Below, in pieces: positions 10,896 to 21,501 of a stretch of 64,000 nt of DNA. The stretch's first letter is position 1. Each line of letters begins with the position of its first letter. The stretch is from an uncultured Acidobacteriaceae bacterium (GTDB lineage: Bacteria > Acidobacteriota > Terriglobia > Terriglobales > Acidobacteriaceae). The notes beneath the pieces are model-generated. The model saw only the letters and a list, made by a program, of their open reading frames with translations, had not been told where the DNA came from and searched no databases. The stretch covers positions 29,075 through 93,074 of the forward strand of contig CAVXBU010000026.1 of NCBI GenBank assembly GCA_963760175.1, read 5' to 3'. The translations under genes were made by a program, and so were the position numbers.

Positions 10896-11700
10896 TTAAG
10901 GTAAATACGGCTGCACTCCCTCATTCTCCACAAACTTGCGCAACCCCTCTTCGACGGCCGGACGCGAATAGAGGTCGCAGAAAATATCAATCTCCCGCTT
11001 TAGCTCATCATACGGAATCGGCTTCACAAACTCCTTCGCCGCCGCTGCCGTCCGCCGGTCAAATTTCCCGACCTGGCTGGCCGTGGCGCGTGCTACACGC
11101 AGCGCCTCACCTTCCGCGGCAATCTGGCTGACCAGACCAATCTGCTGCGCCTTCATCACGTTGAAGCTGCGTCCGGTGAGCAGCAGGTCGCGCACCACCG
11201 CATTGCCCAAATCCCGCTTCAGACGGGGAATCCCGCCGAATCCTGGAATCAGCCCGAGGCGCAGTTCCGGAAAGCAGAATCGCGCCATGCGGTCGGCAAT
11301 AATAATGTCGCACACCAGCGCCAGCTCGAAGCCGCCGCCAAAAGTCACGCCGTGCACCGCGGCGATGGTCGTTAGCGGCGCCGCGTCGAGCGCGTTCATG
11401 ACGGCGTGTATGCGCTCCAGGAACTCTCGCACGCTGCGCAGGGCTGTGGCCTTTTCCATCTCTTGCCCGCGTTCAAATAACTCGCGCAAATCCGCGCCCG
11501 CCGAAAACCCGGCCTTCAACGTCGAATGGATTATCAACGCCTGCGCTTCATTCGCCACTCTGGGCAGAGCCGACGCAAATTTCTCCAACTCTTCCAAGCG
11601 TGAGCGACCCAATCTCGTTGCAGGGATCGCGATGCAATGCCAGCTCAATCGCTCCATTCACGATCTGCCACGAAAGCGTCTGCCCTTTGAATTCGTTCAT
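10896..11700 (-). pseudogene. Enoyl-CoA hydratase/isomerase (crotonase) family protein, frame broken near 11594 as assembled
   Basis: 'FSAGADLRE' and 'HGVTFGGGFELALVCD' crotonase motifs. The N-terminus MNEFKGQTLSWQIVNGAIELALHRDPCNEIGSLTL is in another frame, starting at ATG 11700 (ATGA overlap with the upstream stop). Removing one G in 'cttggaa' joins it to EELEKFASAL. Confidence 0.8.
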
Positions 11701-13442
11701 GCCGTCTTCGCCGCCTCGTCTTTCGAGGTCTGATTCTGCGACGCCTGACTCTGTGAGGCCCGATCCTGCGAAGCCTTATACATCGCGTCGATCTCGTCGC
11801 GAAAGCGTTCGGCAATCAAATCGCGCTTCAGCTTTCCGTTCGCAGTGAGCAGCCCGCTCTCGATGCTGAACGCTTCCTCCACCAGATGAAACGCCCGCAC
11901 CTGCTTGTAATGCGGCAGGTCCGGATTCACAAGGTCGAGCGCCGCCTGCGCTTTTTCGCCGCTTACTTTGCCGGTGATCAGCGCCGCCAGATATCCGCGC
12001 GCGTTGCCCAGAAGCACGACCTGACTCGCACCGGGCAACTCCTGCAGAATCTTATCTTCAATCGGCTCCGGCGCAATGTTGTGTCCTGACCCAAGAATAA
12101 TCAGGTTCTTGAGGCGGCCGATAATCTTCCAGTTTCCGTTGGCGTCCGCTTCACCCTGATCGCCAGTGTGGAACCAGCCATTGCGGAGCACCTTTGCCGT
12201 CTCCTCCGGACGATTCCAGTATCCCGGAAAAATATTCGGCCCGCGCACCACGATCTCTTCATTCTCCGCGATCTTCATCTCTACGCCAGTAATGGCCGGC
12301 CCCACGCGTCCCGCTACCACCGCGCCGTCCGGATCATCCAGGGTACAAAGTCCGGTGGTCTCGGTGAGTCCATATCCCTGGAGCACTGGAATGCCAAGCA
12401 TCATAAAAAACTGCTGCGTCTCCACACTCAGCGGAGCCGAGCCGCAGATCAGCGCGCGCAGCTTGCCGCCGATCATCTTTTTTCGAATCGTCGGAAACAC
12501 CAGCCGATTCGCCAGCCCCAGCCAAAGTCCGTCTCCGCGGCGCGCTTTGCCCTCCTGCCGCCGCACCCACGCGCCTTTCGCCCTGGTGTACACCTGCAGC
12601 GGAAGTCCGCCCGTCTTCCAGAGTTGCTCGTCGACCGCCCGGCGCATGCGCTCGAGAAGCGCGGGAACATTCAGGAAATAATCTGGCGCGGCCAGCCGCA
12701 TCTCAGCAGCAATCTTGCCGAGATCCGTATTCAACGTCAGCTTACTGCCGCGCAGCAGACAGGTCAGCATCATGATCCACGAGCCCGCAAAACTGAGGGG
12801 CAGATAATGAAAGACGTCATCTTGTCTCTGACGCTTCTTCCCCGTGTCACCCGGTATCGGTTGGCTCCGCATAAGCTGGTCGAGCCGCCCCGAGGTGCAG
12901 CCCAACATGTGAGCGACGTTGCCTGCGTTCAGCATCACACCCTTCGCCTCACCGGAGGTGCCGGAGGTGTAGATGATGGTCACCACATCTTCGTCAGCCA
13001 CCGTCAGCGCAGGATTCTCCACGGGCTCGCGCGCTGGCGTGAAGACATTTTCGAAGCAGAAAGTCGGCGGCGCTTCCGGCCACGCGTCCACGATCGCATC
13101 GGCAAGCGACTTGTCACCGCAGGCAATCACCGCGGGCCAGCAATCTTTCATCATCGCGACCAGTTCGGCAGGGGCCTGCCGCGCATACAGCGGCACCACC
13201 GTCAACCCTTCCGCCATGATGGCCAAATCCATCGCCACCCAATGCAGGGAGTTATGCGCCAGCAGCGCGCAACGATCACCCTTCTTCAGGCGCAAGCGCC
13301 GCAAATAAGCGCGCGCCACCTTCACCTGAGCCAGCACCTGCCGCGCGGTGATCGGAGCCGCCTGCCCATCGCGGAGTTCCTGCAACACGACGGTGTCGCC
13401 GCTGCGCTCCAGGTTCGCAAGAATTTGTTCAAGAAATCCCAT
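11697..13442 (-). CDS. AMP-dependent acyl-CoA/acyl-ACP synthetase (long-chain fatty-acid ligase type)
   Basis: 'YTSGTSGEAKG' P-loop, 'GYGLTETTG', and 'HTGDQG ... GRLKNLII'. 581 aa. Confidence 0.9.
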   Translation of the reverse strand: MGFLEQILANLERSGDTVVLQELRDGQAAPITARQVLAQVKVARAYLRRLRLKKGDRCALLAHNSLHWVAMDLAIMAEGLTVVPLYARQAPAELVAMMKDCWPAVIACGDKSLADAIVDAWPEAPPTFCFENVFTPAREPVENPALTVADEDVVTIIYTSGTSGEAKGVMLNAGNVAHMLGCTSGRLDQLMRSQPIPGDTGKKRQRQDDVFHYLPLSFAGSWIMMLTCLLRGSKLTLNTDLGKIAAEMRLAAPDYFLNVPALLERMRRAVDEQLWKTGGLPLQVYTRAKGAWVRRQEGKARRGDGLWLGLANRLVFPTIRKKMIGGKLRALICGSAPLSVETQQFFMMLGIPVLQGYGLTETTGLCTLDDPDGAVVAGRVGPAITGVEMKIAENEEIVVRGPNIFPGYWNRPEETAKVLRNGWFHTGDQGEADANGNWKIIGRLKNLIILGSGHNIAPEPIEDKILQELPGASQVVLLGNARGYLAALITGKVSGEKAQAALDLVNPDLPHYKQVRAFHLVEEAFSIESGLLTANGKLKRDLIAERFRDEIDAMYKASQDRASQSQASQNQTSKDEAAKTA

Positions 13443-13474
13443 GTTGATATGAAGTGGAAATTCTAGAAGTGCGG

Positions 13475-14884
13475 CTATCCGTATGCCGCCACCAGTTGCC
13501 TCAAGCCCTCATTCATCGGCGGCAAATAATCCTCCCAGCTCCATTCGCCGCGCCGGGTCGGAAATTCCGGATACCGCCGCTGCACCTCTTCCTCGAAATA
13601 CACGCCCATGCGCGCCATCAATTTCAAATTCCTCACCACCGTCCGCGCAATTCCGTCGGCGATTCGTTCCCCGTCGCGATCCAGAATTTCGAGCGCTGCC
13701 AGAGTTCGTGCCTCAAGATCCGGATCATCCACATTCATCAGCAACTCCTGATGCCCGCGCTCGTTCATCAGATTGCGGATGCGTTCATCCATGGTGATCC
13801 CCGCCGACGCCACCAGCGCCGGCATTGAAGTCACGATCCCGTGATAACGCGACGACACCATCATGCGGCAGGCGCGCAGAATGCTGACCAGTTGATACAT
13901 GTTGTAATCGTCCGAGGATATTATCGGAACTCCTCCCAGCTTCTCCGAAATGCGCCGGCATGGCCGTGCATCCATGCGCTCGGTCGCCGCCATGATCACA
14001 AACACACTCTTCTTCTGGCGAAACGACGCGACCGCATTTGCGATCGAATTCAAGTAATGTTCGTAAGCCCGATCCGCCTCGGGCCCGGCATTATGAAAAT
14101 AGGGTCCGCGGTAGTGGCTCTCCTTATATGCCCCGGTCAGGCGGTGCAGCGCGGCCTTCGCCACCGACGCCTTGACCGGCCACTCAAACGGGTTGATCGG
14201 ACACACCACGAGCACGGGCGTCTTTCCATCCCAACCCACGTCGCGTAGCGCTTTCTGGCCATACTCGGCGCCCAGCGGCTCGAACGTCCAGGCTGTGTCG
14301 GTGCCCAATTCGGTGGGTACACCCAATTCTCGCAGGATTTTCCGCGACTCGTCATTGCGGGTGATCACCAGCGAGTTTTTGCAATAGCGTCCGCACATCT
14401 TCGCTACCACGGGATCCATCTGTCCCGCCTCGGAGCCGTAGCCGACCGACAACTTGTTCTCGGCCGCCGCAATCCCCAGCGATCCGATCATCATCGTCGC
14501 CAGCGCATTGGCGAATTTTGATTTGAAAGCCGAACCTTCACACGCCACCACACCGTGATGCTTGGGCACTTCACTCGCCAGGAACGGCGGGAAAACATCC
14601 GGCAGCCGCACCTGCGAAGTGCCCTCGAAATATCCGCGCGACCGGTCAAAATTAAACGTCATCATGCTGAAGTCGACGTTTTCCGGCCCAAGAATCCGCC
14701 GAATCTGCCGCAGCATTTCTTCTACACGCACATCGGAGCCGGTATTGCGCGTCCCGTTGTAGCCGGCAAACAACAGCTTCAGTTTTTCGCCCGGCTGCCA
14801 CGGCTCGCGCTTTCCCATCATCCACTGAATTTTCTTGCCCTCGATGATGCTCGATACCCACGCTTCCAGAACGAAGTCCATCAT
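13475..14884 (-). CDS. Polysaccharide pyruvyl transferase-like family protein
   Basis: 'LKLLFAGYNGTRNTGSDVRVEEML' and 'SSRYHGIVTSMPALVASAGI' resemble WcaK/CsaB-type pyruvyl transferases, judged from memory of the family pattern. ATGA overlap with the upstream gene. Confidence 0.55.
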   Translation of the reverse strand: MMDFVLEAWVSSIIEGKKIQWMMGKREPWQPGEKLKLLFAGYNGTRNTGSDVRVEEMLRQIRRILGPENVDFSMMTFNFDRSRGYFEGTSQVRLPDVFPPFLASEVPKHHGVVACEGSAFKSKFANALATMMIGSLGIAAAENKLSVGYGSEAGQMDPVVAKMCGRYCKNSLVITRNDESRKILRELGVPTELGTDTAWTFEPLGAEYGQKALRDVGWDGKTPVLVVCPINPFEWPVKASVAKAALHRLTGAYKESHYRGPYFHNAGPEADRAYEHYLNSIANAVASFRQKKSVFVIMAATERMDARPCRRISEKLGGVPIISSDDYNMYQLVSILRACRMMVSSRYHGIVTSMPALVASAGITMDERIRNLMNERGHQELLMNVDDPDLEARTLAALEILDRDGERIADGIARTVVRNLKLMARMGVYFEEEVQRRYPEFPTRRGEWSWEDYLPPMNEGLRQLVAAYG

Positions 14885-16019
14885 GCCGCAGAGCCTCCCG
14901 CCCTGGTGCTCTCGGGCCAGGCTTGATAAGGGTATGTGAAATTGTGCTCGCGGCTGAAGCGGAGCAGCGGAAAACTGTAATGTGAAAACGGCACGGGCTT
15001 GCGTCCCAATTCCGTCGTGACGCGCGTGTTGTCGAAGACTGTGTTCCAGGTCAAATACGGCAGAAAGACCTTCATCAATGCGGCTCCGTGCCCCACTGAT
15101 CCTTTTCGGTTTGCCAGCGTGTTGACGATGGAGCCGAATGGCTTTTCGAGGATTGGCAAAAACACTGGCCCGCGCTTGTTCTGCTCAGCGGCGAGCGCCT
15201 GGGTCAATTCCTGAAACGACTGGGGCCGTTGCCCGAAGAAAGATGATAGGTATCGTGCTCGGGATCGGCCTTCATGTGCAAAGTCGAAATCGCGTCGGCA
15301 ACGAAATCCACATTCACAATGTCAATCTTGTCATGGGGACGAAACGGCAGCACCGGCAATCCCGCCAGAAACACGAACGACCGCACCATATCGAACTGCG
15401 TCGTTTGCGGAAAGCGGCTGTCTCCCAACACGATGCTCGGCCTGAAAATCGTCAGCGGCACGTCCGGGAGCAACTCGCGCACCATATGCTCGCAGAATTT
15501 TTTCGTGCGCGCGTAGGGATCGTAATCCGAGCGTTCCCAGTCAATCGACCGGTCTTCCACCACAACTTCGTGGCTGCGCTTCCCTGCCACTGCGACCGTG
15601 CTCACGTTGGAAAACCGCCGCAGGCCGTGATAGTACTGCGATCGCCGCGCCAGTTGCAGCACTTCGAGCGTCCCGCGCAGATTCACATTCAAGCAACTTT
15701 TTTCCGACTTCCGATTCAGCGAAGCCGCGCAGTGGATCACTGAATCGGTGGTGTGCACGAGCCGGTCGTAATCGCCCGGGTCCAACCCGAACTGTGGCGA
15801 GGTCAGATCGCCGCGAAAAATCCGGATCTTCGCCTGCAGGTATTCGTAGAATTTAGGGAACGGCAAGTGTAACTGGATGGCATTCCAAAGCCGCAGTTCC
15901 GCGTCACGCGGATCGCGGCCGCGCACGAGAAGATTCAGCGATGCGTCATGCTGATCGAGCAGATTAGCGGCGACATGGGCGCCGATGTACCCGGTCCCAC
16001 CGGTCAGGAATATTGCCAC
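14881..16019 (-). pseudogene. NAD-dependent thioester/acyl reductase (NAD_binding_4 / SDR-e type), frame broken at about 15222 as assembled
   Basis: '[14 protein letters not shown]' Rossmann motif and 'YARTK' YxxxK. ORFs 15204-16019 and 14881-15207 sum to about 379 aa. Adding one C to the run at 15222-15225 gives ...[20 protein letters not shown]... Confidence 0.75.
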
Positions 16020-18472
16020 GTTGCTCCGTTTGTTCCCGTCTTCACGGCATCGCCATTTTCTGGCGCTTTTGAAGGTGGCGCAGGCGAAGGTGGCATGTGC
16101 AGCACCCGCGGTGCGCGCGCTTCCAGCGGCCGCCCTTCAATCAGTGGATACGTCCATCGCCGCAATGCCGGAATATGGATGTCAATCCAATACTCCCACC
16201 AGTCCAGCCCCGCCGTGTCATATCCGAAAATCTCTTTCTCTTCGGGCGTCAGGGCCTGCGACAACTTCTCTACATTATCCGCGACAAAATCATGTTCGTT
16301 TTGCAGAATAAACGGCTCGAACAGTCCCACTAATTTTTCCACGCGCTCCAGGTTACGCTCGGTTTTCGCCAGTGGCTTCTTCATGGCCGATGGCAGCGGC
16401 GCCATCACTCGCTGAATCGACTGGATAATCATTCTCTGCGCCGGCGCCGACATCCGGTTATAACGCTCCTTTGAAACCGGAATCGCATCCATGCGCAATC
16501 GTAGCCAGTACTCCAGGCCTTCCTGGGCTCGGTAGTGACGGCGATGGCCCAGGCTCGTCAACTCAATCGACCGTCCCATGTCGCAAGGATTGGTCACCGA
16601 CGTCGCCAGCTGATACATCGGATCGTGCCGCCGCTCCACCAGCGCCGCGCCAATCAGCGTAATCCCCGCGCACACCGCATCCACTGGAATAATGTCCAGC
16701 CGCTTGCGCTGGTTGGAAGGGAGCTGCCGAAAGGTTGTCCCCAGCAGATACGAAAGCGAGGCCGAAGTGTTGATCCCTTCATTCCACCCACGAAACGGCT
16801 TCGTCACCGAAGTCTCGACAATCGACGGCCGCACAATCGCAATCGGAAGGCCCGCGCCATGTTTAGCAATCAGCGATTCCGCCAGGCTCTTGGTAAACGT
16901 GTAGGTATTTGGCCAGCCCAACTCGTTGGCGCGCCGCGTGGCTTCTTCCGTAAGATAATTTTTCAGCCACCGAACCCGGTTCTTGCGGATCTGATTTTCC
17001 AGCGCCTGGCCGCTCAGCCCTTTTGCGGCATGCTCTTTGCCGAGCGCTTGCTGCTTAAGCTCCTCGGTAACTTCCGGTCCTTCCGCCCGCGCCTCCGCCG
17101 ACTCCACCAGTTCATGCAGACGACGCCACTCTTTTTCCGAGTCGAAGTTCTTCAGGTGCGCCGGAGTGTAATTCAAGCGCACGCGCTCACTGACCCGCCC
17201 ATCGCGCTGTCCCGCCACATAGCAAGTCGAAAGATGCAGCAACGCCGCGTGATCGGACGCGCGAATAAATTCGATCAAGTGCGATGCCGAATCTACGTTC
17301 ACCGCCAACGCGTCCCGCAGATCGGGATTGAAATCCGTCAACCCCGAGCTGTTGATGATCAGATCGATCTCCGCACGCAGGCGCGTCGCCGTCTCTGAAT
17401 CCATTCCCAAGCCGGGCTGCGCGACATCACCCTCCACCACTTCAGTTTTTTCCTTCAGCAGCGCGCCCAGCCGGTCACCGTATTTTTCAAACAAGGGATC
17501 GAACACCGGCGACCCTTCAATGATTTTCTCGAAGCGCTTCTGCGCCGGACTCGATTTCTGCCGCCGGATCAGCAGATACAACTTTCCGATTTCAGGCAGA
17601 TCCATCAAGGTGTTCGCCAGCCACACTTTGCCGATAAATCCGGTGACGCCGATCAGCATCACGCGCTTGCCGCCCAGCGCCTTGCGCACCGAAAACGGCT
17701 CCGGGTGGCGCTTTTCATTGAAATACACAATCGGACGAACGCGCGGCGCTTCCACTCGCACCGCTGGAACAATCGCCGAGGCCAGCGCCTTCGGACCGCG
17801 CAGTCCGAGCGCCCGCACCCATCGCGCCGGACTCTGCTGCCCGTCTGGACCATCTTCACGAATCCGGGCAAACAATCCCCGCGGCCGGATCACCGGACTG
17901 AGTAGCCGTCCGGTGGCAACGCCGTCGCGGAAATCGAGTCGGTTGGCTATAATCCAACGCACTCCCAGATACCGCGCCAGCGGCCGCATCACGTGCTCCA
18001 ACCCCTGGCTCACCAGCACCACGTCGACGCCGGTCGCCTGCAACGCTTTCAGGTGCCGGACTCCTTCTTCTTTGAGCAGCGGCTTCAACTTGTATTCGAA
18101 TTCCTCCTCGCCCAGCAGATCGAGCCGGTCGCGGGTAATCCCGCGCAGCACGGCGTGGACGATCCGAGTCGCGGCGACGCGGTTCGCGGCATATAAAAAT
18201 GGCCGCAGCAACGCCATCAAAAGCACCAGGCTGCGGCGCACGGCTCGCGCGATATAGGTCTGGCTGTTCCAGGTAAAAAAAGCGATTGGTCGAACCGTGG
18301 TCAGCTCCAGCAGACTTCCCTCGACACGCCAGTAAACGGGCGATGAAGGCCGCGAACGAGGAGGCGGCGAAACGACTCCCGAGGCCGACGGCAGGGCTGC
18401 TGTCGGCGCGTCCGGGTCAGCCGGAGCACCCGCAAGTCCTCGTTCCCTTTCGAGATTGTCCACAGGTTCCAC
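16004..18472 (-). CDS. Fusion protein: HAD-IB-like domain plus fatty acyl-CoA/ACP reductase (NAD_binding_4 and 'male sterility' C-terminal domain)
   Basis: '[14 protein letters not shown]' Rossmann motif, 'STCYV', and 'YTFTKSLAE' YxxxK. The N-terminal ~200 aa resemble HAD-IB phosphatases. 822 aa, GTG start. Confidence 0.8.
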   Translation of the reverse strand: MEPVDNLERERGLAGAPADPDAPTAALPSASGVVSPPPRSRPSSPVYWRVEGSLLELTTVRPIAFFTWNSQTYIARAVRRSLVLLMALLRPFLYAANRVAATRIVHAVLRGITRDRLDLLGEEEFEYKLKPLLKEEGVRHLKALQATGVDVVLVSQGLEHVMRPLARYLGVRWIIANRLDFRDGVATGRLLSPVIRPRGLFARIREDGPDGQQSPARWVRALGLRGPKALASAIVPAVRVEAPRVRPIVYFNEKRHPEPFSVRKALGGKRVMLIGVTGFIGKVWLANTLMDLPEIGKLYLLIRRQKSSPAQKRFEKIIEGSPVFDPLFEKYGDRLGALLKEKTEVVEGDVAQPGLGMDSETATRLRAEIDLIINSSGLTDFNPDLRDALAVNVDSASHLIEFIRASDHAALLHLSTCYVAGQRDGRVSERVRLNYTPAHLKNFDSEKEWRRLHELVESAEARAEGPEVTEELKQQALGKEHAAKGLSGQALENQIRKNRVRWLKNYLTEEATRRANELGWPNTYTFTKSLAESLIAKHGAGLPIAIVRPSIVETSVTKPFRGWNEGINTSASLSYLLGTTFRQLPSNQRKRLDIIPVDAVCAGITLIGAALVERRHDPMYQLATSVTNPCDMGRSIELTSLGHRRHYRAQEGLEYWLRLRMDAIPVSKERYNRMSAPAQRMIIQSIQRVMAPLPSAMKKPLAKTERNLERVEKLVGLFEPFILQNEHDFVADNVEKLSQALTPEEKEIFGYDTAGLDWWEYWIDIHIPALRRWTYPLIEGRPLEARAPRVLHMPPSPAPPSKAPENGDAVKTGTNGATWQYS

Positions 18473-18667
18473 GAATCAATATCCGGTTGTGCCTTGTCCA
18501 AAGACACTTTTGCGAGGTAGCTTTCTCCCGGCTCACAGTGTCCCCGGAAAAGGACGGGATCATCCATTCTAACCTCTCCTCCCGAAAGCACGAAGAATAA
18601 CCGCAAGCCCATCCCCGCCCGGTTTTGGGCAAGAGTTGAGGGCTAGTGGTATGACCGCAGAACTAGT

Positions 18668-19877
18668 TCACTTCGCCCGCGCCAGTTCACGAATCTGGTT
18701 CAGGTACCCCACGTACACCGGGATCGGAATATCCGGCGAGTCCCCATCATTCAGGAAATGAGACAGTTGAATCTCCATGGGAATCGAACTGATAACTTCG
18801 CGGAACCGCGCCATCTTCAAATACTTCACCCGCCAGATCTCGAGCATCAACGAACGAAACTCTTCGCTGATAAAGCCGATCCGCCGATCTCCGAGATAGA
18901 CGGCGTCGAAATGTCTTGCGCCGAGCGCCTTCCGAACGGGATCGTCGGGTAGAGAGAATTCATATACGAGATGAAACACATCCGCCAGATCGCCCCACAG
19001 CGTTTTTTCTTCGAACGCACTGAAGCGGAATGAGGCCGCGCCGCGCTGCTGAACCGCCCGCGCATGATCGCTCGGGCTCAGCCCGTGACTCCCCAGTTCC
19101 GCACGAAACCATTGCAATCGCTGCGTTGCAAGGTTGTGCCGCAGGAATTCGATAGCATAAGCGTTCGGCAAGTAGATCTTGGGATCGCCATCGAGGCGCG
19201 CCAGCCACGGCCCCCAGTCGCTTCTGTTCCAGTAAGTCGAGTAACTCCTTCAAATCGGCTAGCGTAACATCGGGCTGATACTTCACCGCCTGCCAGAAAT
19301 GTTCAGTCGAGTCGTAAGTCGCGCCATAAAGCTGGATACCTTCCTCAATTAGGTACCAATTCGACAGCACGCGTCCGGGGATCGACGGTGACGCGCTCCA
19401 GCAGTTCAGCGAATGCTTCCATTTCTCCTGCACAGCCAGAAACGCCTCGCCGTATCCCGGCGGAATCGGCTCGGTTACGTGCGCAAGGGCCTGCCGCAGC
19501 TCTTCGCTGGTGTGTGTTACCAGCGTCTCCAGCGGCCGCTCGTCTTCCATGGAGATCACGCGGCTTTCGATTCCGCGCCGCAGCAATTCGCCCGCCAGTT
19601 GCCGCCGCTGCTCTTGATCCAGACCGCCCTGAACATTCCAGCGCCGCGTTTGCGACTCGATATACGGGAATAACTCGGCCAGCGACTTGAACTCGATGAA
19701 CGCATGAAGCGCGAATGTCACCGGGCGGCCATTCTTTACGATCGTGGTTGAAGGAGTAACCAGTGCCTGCAGAGAAGTAGCTTCCGCGCACAGTGGTCGG
19801 ACCACGCTAATGACCGTTAATGTCGTACATAATATCAACCAAGAGACAGCTTGTATATTCCTTGAACGCTTCTTCAC
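18668..19877 (-). pseudogene. Secreted NADAR (YbiA/DUF1768)-like protein, frame broken at about 19215-19225 as assembled
   Basis: Signal peptide (VSWLILCTTLTVISVVRPLCAEA). 'LSNWYLIEEGIQLYGATYDSTEHFWQAVKY' matches the NADAR 'FSNF..(n)..W.TSEHYFQA.KF' pattern. The continuation DWGPWLARLDGDPKIYLPNAYAIEFL... is in the frame of ORF 18668-19171. Confidence 0.55.
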
Positions 19878-19934
19878 GAATCTCCCCCACCATTCGGAAT
19901 TATTAACGGTCTCCTAGTTACTCCGAAGTGGACC

Positions 19935-21080
19935 TTACCGCATTACCCACCCTACGACTGCGGCGGCCGCGATCACCCAGGCCGAATTCACGCGAAACCG
20001 AAGCAGCGCGACCAGACTTACGGCGAATACTACCCACGATATCCGGTTTACGATGCAAGCCCTCCCTAATTGCCACGCCACCACCGCCATCAACGCGAGC
20101 GAGCCTGCGACCACGCCATCGAGCGCTGCCGCCGCGGCTGCAGATCTGCGCAGCCGCGGAATCAGTGGCCCACTCACCGCCACCAGCACGAACCCCGGCA
20201 GAAAAATTCCGACCGTAGCTATTGCCGCGCCCAACCAGCCCGCTACCACATATCCGATAAACGTCGCGGTTGTGAACAGCGGACCAGGCGTAAACTGCCC
20301 CACCGCGACCGCGTCAATCAACTGCTTCTCGGTCAGCCAGTGCAAACGCTCCACAAATTCGGTCTGAAGAAATGCCAGCAGAACATATCCGCTGCCGAAC
20401 ACCACCGACCCGATCTTCAGAAACGACAGGAAGAGCCGCGCCAGCCCGACCGGAAAAGCCGCGCCCACCGCCGTGACCGCCAGCGCTGCGGCCGCAAGCT
20501 TCGGGAACCCGACCGCTCCCAGCAGCCGGTTCTTCATCGCCAAAGCCGCCGCCGATACCAATCCGGCAAACACCAGCACCAGCACGGGACTGACTCCCAA
20601 GAGACTCAACCCCGCCGCCAGTACGGCTATCACCGCCAGCAGCGCCGTCCGCACTCCCGTCCGCCCGAGCTTCCCCAGAGCCTGGATCACGATCGCGACC
20701 ACAGCGGGCTTGATCGCCGACAGTACGCCTTCGACCTTGGGCAGCGAGCCAAAGCGCACATAGGCCCACGCGATCACGGACACAATCACTGCCGCCGGAA
20801 AGATGAAGCAGCAGCCCGCCACAATCAGGCCGCGCCAACCGCGTTTCAGCTGCCCGATGAAGATTGCGACTTCGGTCGAACTCGGCCCTGGAATTAAATT
20901 CGCCGTGGCCAGGCGGTCGAGAAATTCAGCGTGGGTGATCCAGCGGCGGCGGCGCACGAACTCTTCTTCCATCATCGCCAGATGCGCCGCTGGCCCGCCA
21001 AACGCAATCGTCCCCAGCTTCAAGAACACCAGGGCGATCTCCCCCAGCGACGCCTCCCGGATTTCGTTGGACTCGGCCAT
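19935..21080 (-). CDS. chrA: Chromate transporter (ChrA, CHR family)
   Basis: 'FLKLGTIAFGGPAAHLAMMEEEFVRRRRW' in the first half and 'FLKIGSVVFGSGYVLLAFLQTEFV' in the second half form the duplicated CHR signature. The start is uncertain (21080, 21182 or 21275). Confidence 0.85.
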   Translation of the reverse strand: MAESNEIREASLGEIALVFLKLGTIAFGGPAAHLAMMEEEFVRRRRWITHAEFLDRLATANLIPGPSSTEVAIFIGQLKRGWRGLIVAGCCFIFPAAVIVSVIAWAYVRFGSLPKVEGVLSAIKPAVVAIVIQALGKLGRTGVRTALLAVIAVLAAGLSLLGVSPVLVLVFAGLVSAAALAMKNRLLGAVGFPKLAAAALAVTAVGAAFPVGLARLFLSFLKIGSVVFGSGYVLLAFLQTEFVERLHWLTEKQLIDAVAVGQFTPGPLFTTATFIGYVVAGWLGAAIATVGIFLPGFVLVAVSGPLIPRLRRSAAAAAALDGVVAGSLALMAVVAWQLGRACIVNRISWVVFAVSLVALLRFRVNSAWVIAAAAVVGWVMR

Positions 21081-21228
21081 TGACCGTGTGGCGCGGACGA
21101 CCCCGTCCGCGACTCGCCGCCGAAGCGGGAAATTCGAGGGTACCGCAAATTTGGGTTCGCAAGAATTGGTAGGATGATTCATCGCGAAAATGGCGCACGG
21201 GGCAAACGGAGGAAGCAGCAACGTGAAT

Positions 21229-21438
21229 ATGCTGACGCTATTCGGACTGTTCGCGGTGACTGCGATGCTGGTCACTTATGCATTGGAGAGCCGCAGCACC
21301 TGGTTCATTCTGGCGTTTGCCTTTTCGTGCGCGCTCGGTTCTGCTTATGGATTTCTGCAAGGCGCGTGGCCCTTTGGAGTGGTCGAGGCGATCTGGTCGG
21401 TCGTGGCCGTGCGGCGCTGGTATCAGGCGCGGCAGTAA
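21229..21438 (+). CDS. Small two-TM membrane protein, function unknown
   Basis: 69 aa with two hydrophobic helices. A GGAGGAAG Shine-Dalgarno sequence lies 12 nt upstream of ATG 21229. Confidence 0.5.
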   Translation: MLTLFGLFAVTAMLVTYALESRSTWFILAFAFSCALGSAYGFLQGAWPFGVVEAIWSVVAVRRWYQARQ

Positions 21439-21445
21439 GAGATTT

Positions 21446-21499
21446 GTGTGGTGCCGGGGCTTCGCCCCGTCAGGTCGGGGCAAAGCCCCGCCACCACAC
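21446..21499. terminator. Double GC hairpin between convergent genes (probable bidirectional terminator / repeat)
   Basis: gtgtggtg-CCGGGGCttcGCCCCG-tcaggt-CGGGGCaaaGCCCCG-ccaccacac. The outer arms are also complementary. Confidence 0.5.
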
Positions 21500-21501
21500 A
21501 G

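Noticed and set aside
14881-16019. Programmed frameshift or translational coupling at the TTGA junction (15204-15207) of the two reductase ORFs.
   Set aside because: A one-base correction in the G4 run at 15222-15225 restores a continuous, sensible sequence ([18 protein letters not shown]). Many other genes in the window show similar breaks. An indel is therefore the simpler explanation.
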